Source: an uncultured archaeon (GTDB lineage: Archaea; Thermoproteota; Nitrososphaeria; Nitrososphaerales; Gagatemarchaeaceae). Taken from it: 64,000 bases of DNA. How positions within the stretch are numbered: the first letter of the stretch is position 1; the number at the start of each line of letters is the position of its first letter. Of this stretch, positions 1-9,715 are shown one piece after another. A program made the translations under genes and the position numbers. The notes beneath the pieces were generated by a model. The model did no database searches. It saw only the letters and a program-made list of their open reading frames with translations, and had not been told where the DNA came from. The stretch is from assembly GCA_963817525.1 (NCBI GenBank), contig CAWFOU010000007.1, positions 1,056,001 to 1,120,000 of the forward strand, given 5' to 3'.

Positions 1-378
1 CGTGCGGAGGAGCAGGATCCAGCCCTTCCCGTCGAGGCTCCCCTGGCCGGCCTTCGCGAGCGCCTCCTCGATGTCGTCGGCGCTTATCTGGTGGCGCTTC
101 GGCTTTTTGGCAAAGTCGAGCACAAGGCCGTTCCCGACGAAGTGAGTCAGGGGCACCTTGTCGACCGCCTCCCCGCCGCCGACCATGTGGGCAGGCGCGT
201 CCACGTGAGTGGCCGTGTGCTCCGAGAACGTCCACAGGAAGGAGAGGTACCCATCCTGCTCCATCGTCTGGATGGCCGCCCTGAGCGGCTGGGGCGCCCC
301 AGGGAAGACCGGCGTGTCCATGCTCTTGAGGTCCATCGAAAGGTCGACCACCTGCTTGAAGACCCTCTCGTCCTTCAA
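1..378 (-). CDS. Cyclase family protein (kynurenine formamidase-like), 3' end truncated by the window edge
   Basis: Not in the ORF track. Manual translation from TTG at 378 gives ...VVDLSMD...SEHTATHVDAPAH..., the HxxTHxDAPxH cyclase motif. Confidence 0.85.
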   Translation of the reverse strand, partial: MKDERVFKQVVDLSMDLKSMDTPVFPGAPQPLRAAIQTMEQDGYLSFLWTFSEHTATHVDAPAHMVGGGEAVDKVPLTHFVGNGLVLDFAKKPKRHQISADDIEEALAKAGQGSLDGKGWILLLRT

Positions 379-522
379 TATCTACCCCAGCACCGCGAAC
401 CGGAGGGCGCGCTTTCTAAATATCTTTCCCACCGCCTCGGGGACATTCGTTAACGCATTGGCATCAATAGGAGGCATCCGTGCGCAAAAAGACGCGCTAA
501 GTTAATATATTCAAAGCATCTA

Positions 523-2163
523 TTGAAGAAACCCGAATTGCAGCCCAAGCAATTCGTCCGGGAGGCCACTGGTTTTGTGCGGGAATACGGTGCTCTTGAT
601 ACTCTCCTCTTCGCGTCGGTCTTCGTATTCGCGCTGGTCTTCACCATCACGCAGTTCCCGTGGTTCTACGGGAACACCCGCGGCGCGAACCTGGCGGACA
701 CGCTCCTCGTCGCAGCCATCCCGTTCATCTTCCTGATGCTCACGTACTCGGTGATAGGCGTCCTCATGCCGAGGACCGGGAGCGACTACGTCTGGATAGG
801 GCGCATCCTGAGCCCGCCGATCGGCTTCGTTTGGGGCCTGGTGTACGTCCTCATCGTATTCATCGCCGCATTCATCGGGGCGGGTACTGGTCCGCTCGCC
901 TTCGCTCTCTCTTCTATATTCTCCATCTACGGCCTGATAGGAAACTCCACTTCCTTGACCAGCCTAGGGACCTACTTCGGGGGCGCGACTGGGACGCTCG
1001 AAATCTCGATCCTCCTTACCCTGCTCGTCGCCGCCTTCACCATCTTCGGCTCGAAGTTCGTGAAGGCCTTCCTCTACGCCACTTGGATATTCGCCATAGC
1101 GGGCATGATCGTCATGTGGTACATCCTCTCCACGACCAGCAACGCCACCTTCATCAGCCACTGGAACAGCCTGATCGCAGCCGGCAACTCCTCGTACACC
1201 TACCAGGCCCTCGAGGCGACCGCGTCGAGCAAGGCCGGCTTTCCAGGATTCGCGACCGGCTTTGGGGGAATACTCCTCGCGCTGCCCTTCGCGTTCCTAT
1301 TCCTGTTCGGGGGGAACTACGCGAACTCCTTCGCGGGCGAGATAAAGAACGTCAAGAGGTCCCTCCCGATCGCCCTATTCCTGTCTTTGATCCTGGGATT
1401 GGGATACTGGATAGTGACGTCGTCGCTGACCACCCACACGGTAGGGTTCAACTGGGTCACCACGGTCGGGTTCGGTTGGATACAAGGCGGGTCAGTCCCC
1501 GGCACGACGAGCTACCCGCTCCCCTACCAGCCCACGCAGCCGCTCTTCTTGGCCGTCGCGGCCTACGGTAACAACACCCTCATCACGCTGATGGTCATCA
1601 CCTACTTCATAGGCTCCCTAGGGCCGGTGTTCGCCTACTTCTGGATACCCACCAAGTACCTCTTCGCATGGGCGTTCGACAGGGTGATACCCACGAAGTT
1701 CGCCGACGTCAGCGCCAAGTACCACACAGCCTGGATCGCCGTGCTCGCGACCGTGGTCATCGCCATAGTCGCCGAGTTCCTCTATTCCTACCTCGGCTAT
1801 TCATCATACTTCACAATGGGGACGGTCCTGTGGGGCATCTCCTACACGATACCGGGGCTGGCGCTGATGCTCTTCCCGTGGCTGAGGAAGGACCTCTTCG
1901 CCCAGGCACCCGGATGGCTCGGGAAGAAGGTCGTGGGCATCCCCATCGTCTCGATAATAGGGGCCGCCACGCTCGTGGGCTTCGCGTACGTGGGCTACAT
2001 CGCGTTCACGAGCCCAGCGGTCACCGTAGTCAACGCCGACAGCCTGGAGCTGCTCGTCGGCCTGATCGTCGCGGGATTCGTGATCTACTTTGCGAGCAAG
2101 GCGTACCACAAGAGGAAGGGCCTAGACATCTCCATGGCGCTGAAGGAGATACCTCCGGAGTAG
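523..2163 (+). CDS. APC family amino acid/amine permease
   Basis: N-terminal FVREATGFVRE, MPRTGSDYVW, about 12 TM helices, C-terminal EIPPE typical of archaeal APC permeases. Confidence 0.9.
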   Translation: MKKPELQPKQFVREATGFVREYGALDTLLFASVFVFALVFTITQFPWFYGNTRGANLADTLLVAAIPFIFLMLTYSVIGVLMPRTGSDYVWIGRILSPPIGFVWGLVYVLIVFIAAFIGAGTGPLAFALSSIFSIYGLIGNSTSLTSLGTYFGGATGTLEISILLTLLVAAFTIFGSKFVKAFLYATWIFAIAGMIVMWYILSTTSNATFISHWNSLIAAGNSSYTYQALEATASSKAGFPGFATGFGGILLALPFAFLFLFGGNYANSFAGEIKNVKRSLPIALFLSLILGLGYWIVTSSLTTHTVGFNWVTTVGFGWIQGGSVPGTTSYPLPYQPTQPLFLAVAAYGNNTLITLMVITYFIGSLGPVFAYFWIPTKYLFAWAFDRVIPTKFADVSAKYHTAWIAVLATVVIAIVAEFLYSYLGYSSYFTMGTVLWGISYTIPGLALMLFPWLRKDLFAQAPGWLGKKVVGIPIVSIIGAATLVGFAYVGYIAFTSPAVTVVNADSLELLVGLIVAGFVIYFASKAYHKRKGLDISMALKEIPPE

Positions 2164-2212
2164 CGGCGGTCTCGCAAGTCTTTTCGTTTCGTGGACGAGC
2201 GCTGTCGCTACC

Positions 2213-3115
2213 ATGACAGGACCGAGGAGGGATTTCATCGGCTACGGACGGGACAAGCCCAGCTTTCTCTGGCCGGACGGCAAGCGGCTCGCCCTTTCGA
2301 TCGTCGTCAACTACGAGGAGGGCTCCGAGCACTCCCAGGCCGTCGACAGGATAGTCGAAGGGATGGGGGAGTTTCTCCCCATCGATATCCGCGCAAGGGA
2401 CGTGGGGAACGAGAGCGTCTACGAGTACGGCCCGAGAGTCGCCATATGGAGGGTCCTGGAGACGCTGGCGAAGTTCAAGACCAAGGCGACCTTCTTCGCG
2501 ACCGCCGAGGCGCTCCGCGTGAACACCCGGGCGGCCAAGGCGATAGTCGGGGGCGGGCACGAGATATGCGACCACGGCCTGCGTTGGACAGAGCACTACA
2601 GGTACAAGCGAGCGCAGGAGAAGAAGGCGATCAAGCGCTCCGTGGAGCTCATCGAAGAGGTGACAGGGAGAAAGCCCGTCGGGTTCTACGCCAGGGAGCC
2701 CAGCATCAACACCGTCGAGATAGTCCAGGAGCTCGGGAACTTCATCTACGACTCCGACTCCTACAACGACGACTTGCCATACAGGTACGAGGGCGACGGC
2801 ATCCTGATTCTGCCCTACACGCCCGACGCGAACGACTTTTACTTCATGTCGCCCATCAACAGGTTCGCGACCTCGACCGACTTCTATTCCTATCTCAAGG
2901 ACACGCTGGACGTCCTCCGCGGGGAGGCGGAGACGTCCCCGAAGATGATGTCAGTGGGACTCCACTGCAGGGTCATCGGGAGGCCTGGGAGGATAGTCGC
3001 CCTGCGCAAGCTCCTCGAGTACGTCTCGGGATTCGACGACGTCTGGGTCGCCACGAGGGAGGAGATAGCCAGGCACTGGATCGAGAAGGTGGAACCTGGC
3101 CTGGTGTTCCGCTAG
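2213..3115 (+). CDS. Polysaccharide deacetylase family protein, PuuE allantoinase-like
   Basis: RDFIGYG, WPDGKRLA..VVNYEEG, ESVYEYG, HE..DHG.RW, YDSDSYNDDLPY, MMSVGLH.R.IGRPGR. Confidence 0.85.
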   Translation: MTGPRRDFIGYGRDKPSFLWPDGKRLALSIVVNYEEGSEHSQAVDRIVEGMGEFLPIDIRARDVGNESVYEYGPRVAIWRVLETLAKFKTKATFFATAEALRVNTRAAKAIVGGGHEICDHGLRWTEHYRYKRAQEKKAIKRSVELIEEVTGRKPVGFYAREPSINTVEIVQELGNFIYDSDSYNDDLPYRYEGDGILILPYTPDANDFYFMSPINRFATSTDFYSYLKDTLDVLRGEAETSPKMMSVGLHCRVIGRPGRIVALRKLLEYVSGFDDVWVATREEIARHWIEKVEPGLVFR

Positions 3116-3182
3116 TGCCGTCGCGCCGGCGGTCACAGCCGATAAACGCTAAAGAGCCCGCGGGCATCTGGAGACTGATGAG

Positions 3183-3953
3183 TTGACGCCTCTCCCCGGG
3201 CTCCTGGACGAAGCCAAGAGGCTGCTCCAGGCCGCGTCCGACAAGAAGGTGGTGCTCAAGCTAGTCGGCGGATTGGCGATAGCGATGAGGTGCCCGTCCG
3301 CCAGCCGGGAGGGCCTGAAGCGGAACTACGTCGACGCTGACTTTGTCGGCCATGAGAAGCAGTCGAGGGCGATAGGGGATTTCTTCGTCGAGATGGGATA
3401 CCAGCCGCGGATGAGGTTCAACGCCCTGATGGGGCGCAAGAGGCTGATCTTCAACGACCTCACGAACGAGCGGCGGGTCGACATATTCCTCGACGTCTTC
3501 GAGATGTGCCACAAGTTCAACTTCAGCGAGCGGCTAGGCCTGGAGCCCTTCACCCTCCCGCTCGCGGACCTGCTGGCGACGAAGCTCCAGATAGTCCAGG
3601 TGAACGACAAAGACTTCAGGGATCTCACCACCCTCTTCCTGGACCACGACGTGGGGGCCGCGGACGGCGAGACGATAAACGGGGCATACCTCGCCAAGAT
3701 CTGCGCCAGCGACTGGGGCATCTACAAGACGTTCACAATGAACCTCTCGAAGCTTGAGAACTCGGTGGACATCTACGGCCTGAGCTCGTCGGAAGCGGAC
3801 GAGGTCAAGGGGAGGATAAGGAAGCTGGCCGACATGATCGAGAAGGCGCCGAAGAGCTTTGCCTGGAAGATGAGGGCGCGGGTGGGAGAGAACAAGTCCT
3901 GGTACGAGCTGCCAGAGGCGGACAAGCCCTTCGTCGTCGGCGCCACGGACTGA
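3183..3953 (+). CDS. Nucleotidyltransferase-fold hypothetical protein
   Basis: LVGGLA...DADF (GG + DxD), VDIFLD, LLATKLQ, KDFRD pattern of the Pol-beta-like NTase superfamily. Confidence 0.6.
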   Translation: MTPLPGLLDEAKRLLQAASDKKVVLKLVGGLAIAMRCPSASREGLKRNYVDADFVGHEKQSRAIGDFFVEMGYQPRMRFNALMGRKRLIFNDLTNERRVDIFLDVFEMCHKFNFSERLGLEPFTLPLADLLATKLQIVQVNDKDFRDLTTLFLDHDVGAADGETINGAYLAKICASDWGIYKTFTMNLSKLENSVDIYGLSSSEADEVKGRIRKLADMIEKAPKSFAWKMRARVGENKSWYELPEADKPFVVGATD

Positions 3954-3954
3954 C

Positions 3955-4905
3955 TCAGCCCGACGTCAGAAGATAGGACTTTATCTTGTCCCCGTCTAGG
4001 TCAGCGAGGAAGCCCCGGAGGATGCCCTCCGTGTACTCGCTCCCGGGGTTGGCGCACATCGTCTTGCCCAGCTTGACTATCCCGCGCGACTCGTGGATGT
4101 GCCCGTGCAGCCCGAGCATCGGCTGATACTTCATGATGGCAGCCCTGCACGCCGTGCTGCCCGCAGATATCATCTCGACGTTCCCTGCCTTCACGACTAC
4201 CCTGAAGTTCGCGTCGATGCGCGGGGCCTTGTCGATGGGCGTGTCTATCGGTGGGACATGGATGTTGAATATCGATGACTTCATGCCCTTGACCTGGTCG
4301 GCCATGGCGGAGAACTTCTTCGCGAGGACGTCCTCGTCGACCTCCCTGGGGGAGTTCCAGGGGGTGTGGTTTGTGGTGCCCGAAGTGATCATCTCGTGGC
4401 CGGAGTCGATGTCCACGACCCTCTCCTCGGGGTTGACGACGTAGCTGGACGAGTTGAGCGCGGCGTCTATCTCGTAGATGTCGTCGTTGCCTGGCGAGAT
4501 GTAGCACCTGACCGACGTCTTCCCCAGCCTCTCCTCCGCGAGCAAGAGCCACTCGCGAACCCTCTCCACCATCAGCTTGCTGAAAAGGTCCTTGACCTTG
4601 GCGGGGTCAGCCGCCAGCTCGCCAAACTCGGATGGGCTGACCACCTTCGTGTAGGTGCCTGACTCCGCGGCCTTCTTCCTGAACTCCTCCACCTCGCTCA
4701 TGTTGGTCATGGCCAGCTCCGCCCCCTGGTATGAGCAGGTGTACTTCCCGCCGCCTTCCACTATGGGGGTCATCACCTTGCCCGTGATGTCTCCGCCGAG
4801 GATCAGGACGTCCGCCTTGTAGAACTTGGCGGCGTTGAGGAACTTCCTGAAGCACTTGCTGGACCCGTGGACGTCCGTGATGAAGTAGATCCTGGAGCGC
4901 GCCAC
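3955..4905 (-). CDS. Calcineurin-like metallophosphoesterase (Icc-related)
   Basis: DVHGS, GGDITGK, PGNDD, HVPP and HGHIHES motifs. Confidence 0.9.
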   Translation of the reverse strand: MARSRIYFITDVHGSSKCFRKFLNAAKFYKADVLILGGDITGKVMTPIVEGGGKYTCSYQGAELAMTNMSEVEEFRKKAAESGTYTKVVSPSEFGELAADPAKVKDLFSKLMVERVREWLLLAEERLGKTSVRCYISPGNDDIYEIDAALNSSSYVVNPEERVVDIDSGHEMITSGTTNHTPWNSPREVDEDVLAKKFSAMADQVKGMKSSIFNIHVPPIDTPIDKAPRIDANFRVVVKAGNVEMISAGSTACRAAIMKYQPMLGLHGHIHESRGIVKLGKTMCANPGSEYTEGILRGFLADLDGDKIKSYLLTSG

Positions 4906-4954
4906 GGTCGGCCCGTCCGCCGGGGAAGCTAATTAACGTGAATCAGGTGATAGC

Positions 4955-6031
4955 GTGTGCCGCGGACACTCTGCAGGTTACTTGTCAGATTTATATTGTC
5001 GGCCGCCCCACTGGCATGCCACGAAGAACAGAGGGGTATTGTCGGTAGCTCTTGTGCTGACCGCAGTTCTCATTGTTTATTCGCTTCACGGGGCATTGCC
5101 TGCCAACCTGCCTGTCAGCTCAGCTAGTTCGGCGGGCCATTCGAGTGGACCGACGCACACGACACATCCGATGGTGCCGGTCCCTCCATCAACCGTGACG
5201 GCTGAGGTAGCGACATCGTCGGCAATGGGTTCGATTTGTCCCTTGCCCGCCTCCCAATGCCTCGCGTCCTATAATTGGGGGGGTTATGCAGTCACGTCAG
5301 CCTCTGGTCAGGTAACTAACATCCAAGGGTCGTGGGTGGTTCCAGCGATAGTCGGCTCTTCTGATTCCCTTGGTTATGGTTATCCTGGCACGTCATGCTC
5401 AGACAATGAGAATACCTGGTACGATATGTCAGATTGGGTCGGAATTGACGGCTTCAGCAGCGCGACTGTCGAACAGACTGGCACTTCCTCAGATTGCTAT
5501 TACGGTCAGGCATACTACTACGCTTGGTACGAGTTCTACCCAGCCGCTTCGGCGATAATCACCTCCATCACGGTCCATCCGGGCGACACGATGACGGCCG
5601 ATGTGAATTGCGTCCCGGGCGTCTTGTCTGCAACATGCACGACAACGATCACTGATGAGAGAACCCATCAGAGCTACACGGTCTCCCCGACTGTCGTCCC
5701 CGGCGCCGAAACGGATTCGGCTGAGTGGATCGCGGAGTCGGCAGCTTACAGCATATGCTCTTCATGCATTGGCTTCCTGGCGCTCACTCAAACCACCCCG
5801 GTCCAATTTAGCGACGCTACCGCTACGATTGGCGGCGTCACGCATCCCATATCAGGCTGGGGCAGCAATGTCTACTGGCTGTTGATGGTCAACCTCAATT
5901 TTGGGACTAACCAGGAGACCAGCGTACCAACACCCTCGACCGAGACTCTGGCCAATGCAAAGGCCGACCCGACCCCGCTTGGACGGGGCGGCGGTAGCTT
6001 CAACGTCGACTGGCTGAGCAGTGGCCCTTGA
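4955..6031 (+). CDS. Secreted glutamic endopeptidase, family G1 (eqolisin/peptidase A4); exact start uncertain
   Basis: Signal-like hydrophobic N-terminus, SYNWGGYA, WVGIDG, catalytic Q in VEQTGT, AWYEFYP, catalytic E in SAEWIAE. Confidence 0.9.
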   Translation: MCRGHSAGYLSDLYCRPPHWHATKNRGVLSVALVLTAVLIVYSLHGALPANLPVSSASSAGHSSGPTHTTHPMVPVPPSTVTAEVATSSAMGSICPLPASQCLASYNWGGYAVTSASGQVTNIQGSWVVPAIVGSSDSLGYGYPGTSCSDNENTWYDMSDWVGIDGFSSATVEQTGTSSDCYYGQAYYYAWYEFYPAASAIITSITVHPGDTMTADVNCVPGVLSATCTTTITDERTHQSYTVSPTVVPGAETDSAEWIAESAAYSICSSCIGFLALTQTTPVQFSDATATIGGVTHPISGWGSNVYWLLMVNLNFGTNQETSVPTPSTETLANAKADPTPLGRGGGSFNVDWLSSGP

Positions 6032-6088
6032 CACCGGCGCGCGGTAACCCAAAGGCCAGATGACCTGGGTAGCGGGCAGGCGCGCCAC

Positions 6089-7012
6089 ATGCCATCACAC
6101 GCCAGGATAGGGCTGGACACCTTCCACTACAAGTGGAGCAGGTCCCACAAGCCCGTGCTGTCGATAGCGGACGGCGACACGGTCACCTTCAAGATAAACG
6201 ACGTCGCCTCCTGGCAGCTGACCAAGGACTCGACCTCCGATGACCTCAACGACCTCGACGCCTCGAAGCTCTACCCTCTCGCCGGCCCGGTCCTCGTGGA
6301 GGGGGCGACGCCGGGAGACGCCCTCGTAGTGGAGACCGTGAGCGTCAAGACCGCGGACTTTGGATGGTCGGCGATCATCCCGGGCCTTGGGCTACTGGAG
6401 GAGTTCAAGAAGCCCTACCTCTACAAGTGGAGCCTGAGGAACAAGAGGTTCGCCTCCTTCAAGAAGGGGATCAAGATCCCGATGCGACCCTTCTGCGGCG
6501 TCCTCGGGGTCGCACCTCCCGAAAGGGGGTCCTTCGACGTGATGCCTCCCGGGAAGCACGGCGGGAACATGGACATCCGGCACCTCACCGCGGGGAGCAG
6601 GATCAAGATACCCGTTTGGGTGGACGGGGCCCTATTCTCCGTGGGGGACGTCCACGCCGCGATGGGCGACGGAGAGGTATGCGTCTGCGCGATCGAGTGC
6701 GCGGGCGAGGCCACCCTGAGGTTCACGCTCGAGCGCAAGTCGGGCCTGCGCTGGCCGCAGTACCTCGCCGAGGGCGACGCGAGGCCGAAGAAGGGCTACT
6801 ACGCGGCCACGGGCATAGCGTCCGACCTGATGCTGGCAGTGAAAGAGTCGGTGCGGAACATGCTCGACCACCTCACGCGCAGCTACGGCCTCACGAGGGA
6901 GGAAGCCTACGTCCTCTGCAGCGTGGCGGCCGACGTCAGGGTGCACGAGGTCGTCGACCAGCCGAACTGGGTGGTCGGGACGATGATCTCGCGCGACATC
7001 TTCCCAGACTGA
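6089..7012 (+). CDS. Acetamidase/formamidase family protein
   Basis: GPVLVEGATPGD, HGGNMD, GDVHAAMGDGEV, EAYVLCS. Confidence 0.9.
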   Translation: MPSHARIGLDTFHYKWSRSHKPVLSIADGDTVTFKINDVASWQLTKDSTSDDLNDLDASKLYPLAGPVLVEGATPGDALVVETVSVKTADFGWSAIIPGLGLLEEFKKPYLYKWSLRNKRFASFKKGIKIPMRPFCGVLGVAPPERGSFDVMPPGKHGGNMDIRHLTAGSRIKIPVWVDGALFSVGDVHAAMGDGEVCVCAIECAGEATLRFTLERKSGLRWPQYLAEGDARPKKGYYAATGIASDLMLAVKESVRNMLDHLTRSYGLTREEAYVLCSVAADVRVHEVVDQPNWVVGTMISRDIFPD

Positions 7013-7024
7013 GCGGCTCTTCGC

Positions 7025-7765
7025 CTACGTCGTTCGGGCGACCCTTCCCTTCGCGAACCCCGCCACGACCGAGGCAAAGCCGAGGACCTTGGAGACCGCG
7101 TTGAGGCCGAAGGAGACGGGGTCCGCGGGAGGGGCGTACCCTGTGAGCAGCGCCCAGGCCGCGAAGACGATGAGCATCCCGCCCAGCAGGTACAGCGAGT
7201 ACCGGGTGACCGCGAACCTGGAGGAGAAGAACGGCAGGGCGAGCGTCGCGAGGATGACGACGAGGAAGTCGAAGAAGGAGAAGAGGGGGTGCGGGACCTT
7301 GGTGGTGACCATCGGGGTGATTATCAAGAGGAACGGGAGCTCGAAGACCATCGGTCCGGCGACGGCCCCAGCGAAGCCGTTGCCCAGCGCCGCCAGCGCC
7401 CCGCCGCCACGGGTCAGGTACGCGACCGTGACGAAAGCACACACCGCGGAGGCGAGCGTTATCGGGAAGACGGGGCCGAGGCCGAGGCTGGACTGGTCAG
7501 TCGTCGCAGCTACCTGGTTGAAGACGCCATGGATCAGGAAGATGGTGACCGCCCATACGACCACGGTCGCCACTCTAAGCGCCCGCCCAGGCACGGCGGG
7601 CCGTATCCCATCCCTCACTCTCGTCCCAAGGAGGACGACCCCCAGACCAACCAAGAGCAGGACGACCCCGAGCGTAACCGCGGCCAAGCCGGAGTACGCG
7701 CGCCAGTCGATGAGGGCGACAGAGGAGTTGGCCGTCGCGAGGAGCGCAAGTAGCACGCCGTGCAT
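7025..7765 (-). CDS. Multi-pass membrane hypothetical protein
   Basis: 246 aa, about 7 hydrophobic segments, GPMVFELPF; divergent from MarR. Confidence 0.65.
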   Translation of the reverse strand: MHGVLLALLATANSSVALIDWRAYSGLAAVTLGVVLLLVGLGVVLLGTRVRDGIRPAVPGRALRVATVVVWAVTIFLIHGVFNQVAATTDQSSLGLGPVFPITLASAVCAFVTVAYLTRGGGALAALGNGFAGAVAGPMVFELPFLLIITPMVTTKVPHPLFSFFDFLVVILATLALPFFSSRFAVTRYSLYLLGGMLIVFAAWALLTGYAPPADPVSFGLNAVSKVLGFASVVAGFAKGRVARTT

Positions 7766-7779
7766 ATCAGTTCTTGCGA

Positions 7780-7799
7780 TTAATGGTTAATGCCATTAA
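7780..7799. promoter_or_regulatory. Palindrome TTAATGG-N6-CCATTAA, candidate MarR operator
   Basis: Perfect 7-bp arms in the AT-rich divergent promoter next to a TATATAT box; a related core recurs at 34183-34199. Confidence 0.5.
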
Positions 7800-7845
7800 G
7801 TATATATGGTTGACTATGCTAATGATTTTCCAGCGGGTGTCTGGA

Positions 7846-8358
7846 ATGAGCTCTGCGAACGACTGGGGCCTGAGGTCCAAGGCGCTTCTTACAATCCTCA
7901 GCTCTCAGAGGGTCATCCGGGGAGCGATGGCGGCCAGCGCCGAGAAGGAGGGCCTCACCCTCCAGCAGTTCTCGCTCATGGGGGTCCTCTCCCGAAGGGG
8001 GCGGGTGCCGATGAACGCCCTAAGCAAGGAGCTCCGCGTGACCCCGCCCAACATCACCGGCGTGGTCGACAGGCTGGAGGCGAAGGGCCTCGTGAAGAGG
8101 GTCGCCGACCCCGCGGATAGGAGGAGGAAGGGGATCCAGATGACGGAAAGGGGGACGGTCCAGTACGAGAAGGTGCGCACCGGCTACAGCGGGCCGCTCC
8201 AGGAGTCGCTGGACACGCTGACCCCCGAAGAGCAGGAGATTCTGGTCAATCTCCTCAGGAAGTTCGTCGGGGCGATAGCCCAGAGTGAGGGAGAGGGCCG
8301 CCCGAGCGCCGACGGCTCTCGCGTCAAGCCGAGACGCGGAGCTGGCCGTACTCCATGA
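7846..8358 (+). CDS. MarR family transcriptional regulator
   Basis: LTLQQF, VTPPNITGVVDRLEAKGLV.R..DPADRR. Confidence 0.9.
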   Translation: MSSANDWGLRSKALLTILSSQRVIRGAMAASAEKEGLTLQQFSLMGVLSRRGRVPMNALSKELRVTPPNITGVVDRLEAKGLVKRVADPADRRRKGIQMTERGTVQYEKVRTGYSGPLQESLDTLTPEEQEILVNLLRKFVGAIAQSEGEGRPSADGSRVKPRRGAGRTP

Positions 8359-8806
8359 AGAGGTGTATGGCGCAGAAGATGGCGCAGTAGATGGGGAACG
8401 TCCCCGACTTGTCCGCGACGAAGGAGACTTTCACGACCTGCCCCGGGGCGATGGACTCCACCGTCTTGTCGAAGTAAGTGCCGACCTGGAACCCGTGGGA
8501 CTCGATGGTGTCCACGTTGCAGACTGTGATCTCGACGGTCTGCCCCTCGGCTACAGATATCACCGGCCACGCCTTGGTCGGGCCCGCCCCCTCGAGGACG
8601 CTGTCGTTGTACCCGTACTGGCTGGCTATTATGAGGAAGCCCCCCGCTGGCCTCAAGCAGCCCGCAGGCAGCTTGGCGGTGGGGAGAGGCCCCTCGGCGG
8701 TCTGGCTAGCGTGCAGGCCACCGACCAGGACCGCTGACGAGGCGACCAGCCCGGCGACCGTCAGGATGGCCAGTGTGAGGCTCGTCATGCTCGTCATGCT
8801 CGTCAT
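8324..8806 (-). CDS. Membrane-anchored/secreted cupredoxin with CuA-like motif
   Basis: N-terminal hydrophobic anchor; SHGF...GTFPIYCAIFCAIHLFM (H...C-x3-C-x2-H-x2-M). Confidence 0.8.
   Translation of the reverse strand: MTSMTSMTSLTLAILTVAGLVASSAVLVGGLHASQTAEGPLPTAKLPAGCLRPAGGFLIIASQYGYNDSVLEGAGPTKAWPVISVAEGQTVEITVCNVDTIESHGFQVGTYFDKTVESIAPGQVVKVSFVADKSGTFPIYCAIFCAIHLFMEYGQLRVSA
8780..8806. repeat. 3x 9-bp tandem repeat GCTCGTCAT (MTS-MTS-MTS) at the cupredoxin start
   Basis: Three exact copies seen directly. Confidence 0.9.
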
Positions 8807-8919
8807 GGCAGAGACACTCGCGACAGCCTAGGCGTGATAAATCCTTCTAGCCCTGCAGACCCGAAAGCGCCCCCTCCGCGGAAAAGGTTTATGGCCAATC
8901 GGGAGTTCGCAAAAAGACG

Positions 8920-9711
8920 ATGAACGGACGCAGCGGGGGCTTCGGGAGGAGCCTGGCAGTCCCCCTCCACGGGGTCTCCTTCATCGGCCTGGCAGTCCTG
9001 ACCTCCTTCTTCGCCTACCTGTGGGGCTCGACCTCCCCCAACCCCGCGGAGCTCCTAGCGCCCGCCCTGTTCTGGTACGCGGTCGCCTTCCTTCTCTTCG
9101 CGTACCCCCTCCGGGGGGCCTTCGAGCTGTTCACCAGGTACATCAGGACGGCCTTCGGGGCCGGGGTCTTCGCCCTCTATCTCGTCGCGCACGTCCTCCT
9201 CTACGGTTTCATGCTGGAGAGCATACTCGTCTCGTTCTTCGACCGCCCGTTCGTCTCGGCCACGACCAGCGTCTATGTGACGACGTCGGTCTTCGCCCCG
9301 CCGTCGCTCCTGAACTCTCTCGCCGGCCTCTGGTTCAACCCATGGGTCACCCTGACCGTCCCTCCGCTCTTCAGCGACGCGCTCAGCCTGTACAGCGTGG
9401 TGGTCGCAGTCATCATCGCGGTCCTCATCGTCGCGAACATCGGCAAGACCCGCGAGCTGGGCAAGGCCTGTTCGACGCGGCTAAGATCGCGGACCATGGT
9501 CGTCTTCCCCGCCCTCGGCATAGCCCTGGGCGCGTCGTGCTGCCTGAGCGTCCCGATACTCTTCACCATCGCGGCGCCCTCCGCGATCGCCCTGAGCTCC
9601 TCCCTGTGGCTCTACGACGCCACCTACTTCCTCTTCCCTCCGTTCGCCATCGTCCTGCTGTACCTCAACCTCTACTCCGTCGACAAGATAGTTGCCAGGG
9701 TGGCGCAGTAG
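8920..9711 (+). CDS. Membrane protein with GASCC motif (paralog of 13405-14190)
   Basis: About 6 TM; H.LLYGF, PP.FS.ALS.YS, ANIG.TRELGK and LGASCCLSV shared with the paralog. Confidence 0.75.
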   Translation: MNGRSGGFGRSLAVPLHGVSFIGLAVLTSFFAYLWGSTSPNPAELLAPALFWYAVAFLLFAYPLRGAFELFTRYIRTAFGAGVFALYLVAHVLLYGFMLESILVSFFDRPFVSATTSVYVTTSVFAPPSLLNSLAGLWFNPWVTLTVPPLFSDALSLYSVVVAVIIAVLIVANIGKTRELGKACSTRLRSRTMVVFPALGIALGASCCLSVPILFTIAAPSAIALSSSLWLYDATYFLFPPFAIVLLYLNLYSVDKIVARVAQ

Positions 9712-9715
9712 GACC

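Noticed and set aside
8324-8806. NosZ or cytochrome oxidase subunit II
   Set aside because: Only a 160-aa cupredoxin domain; no propeller domain and no oxidase subunit I nearby.
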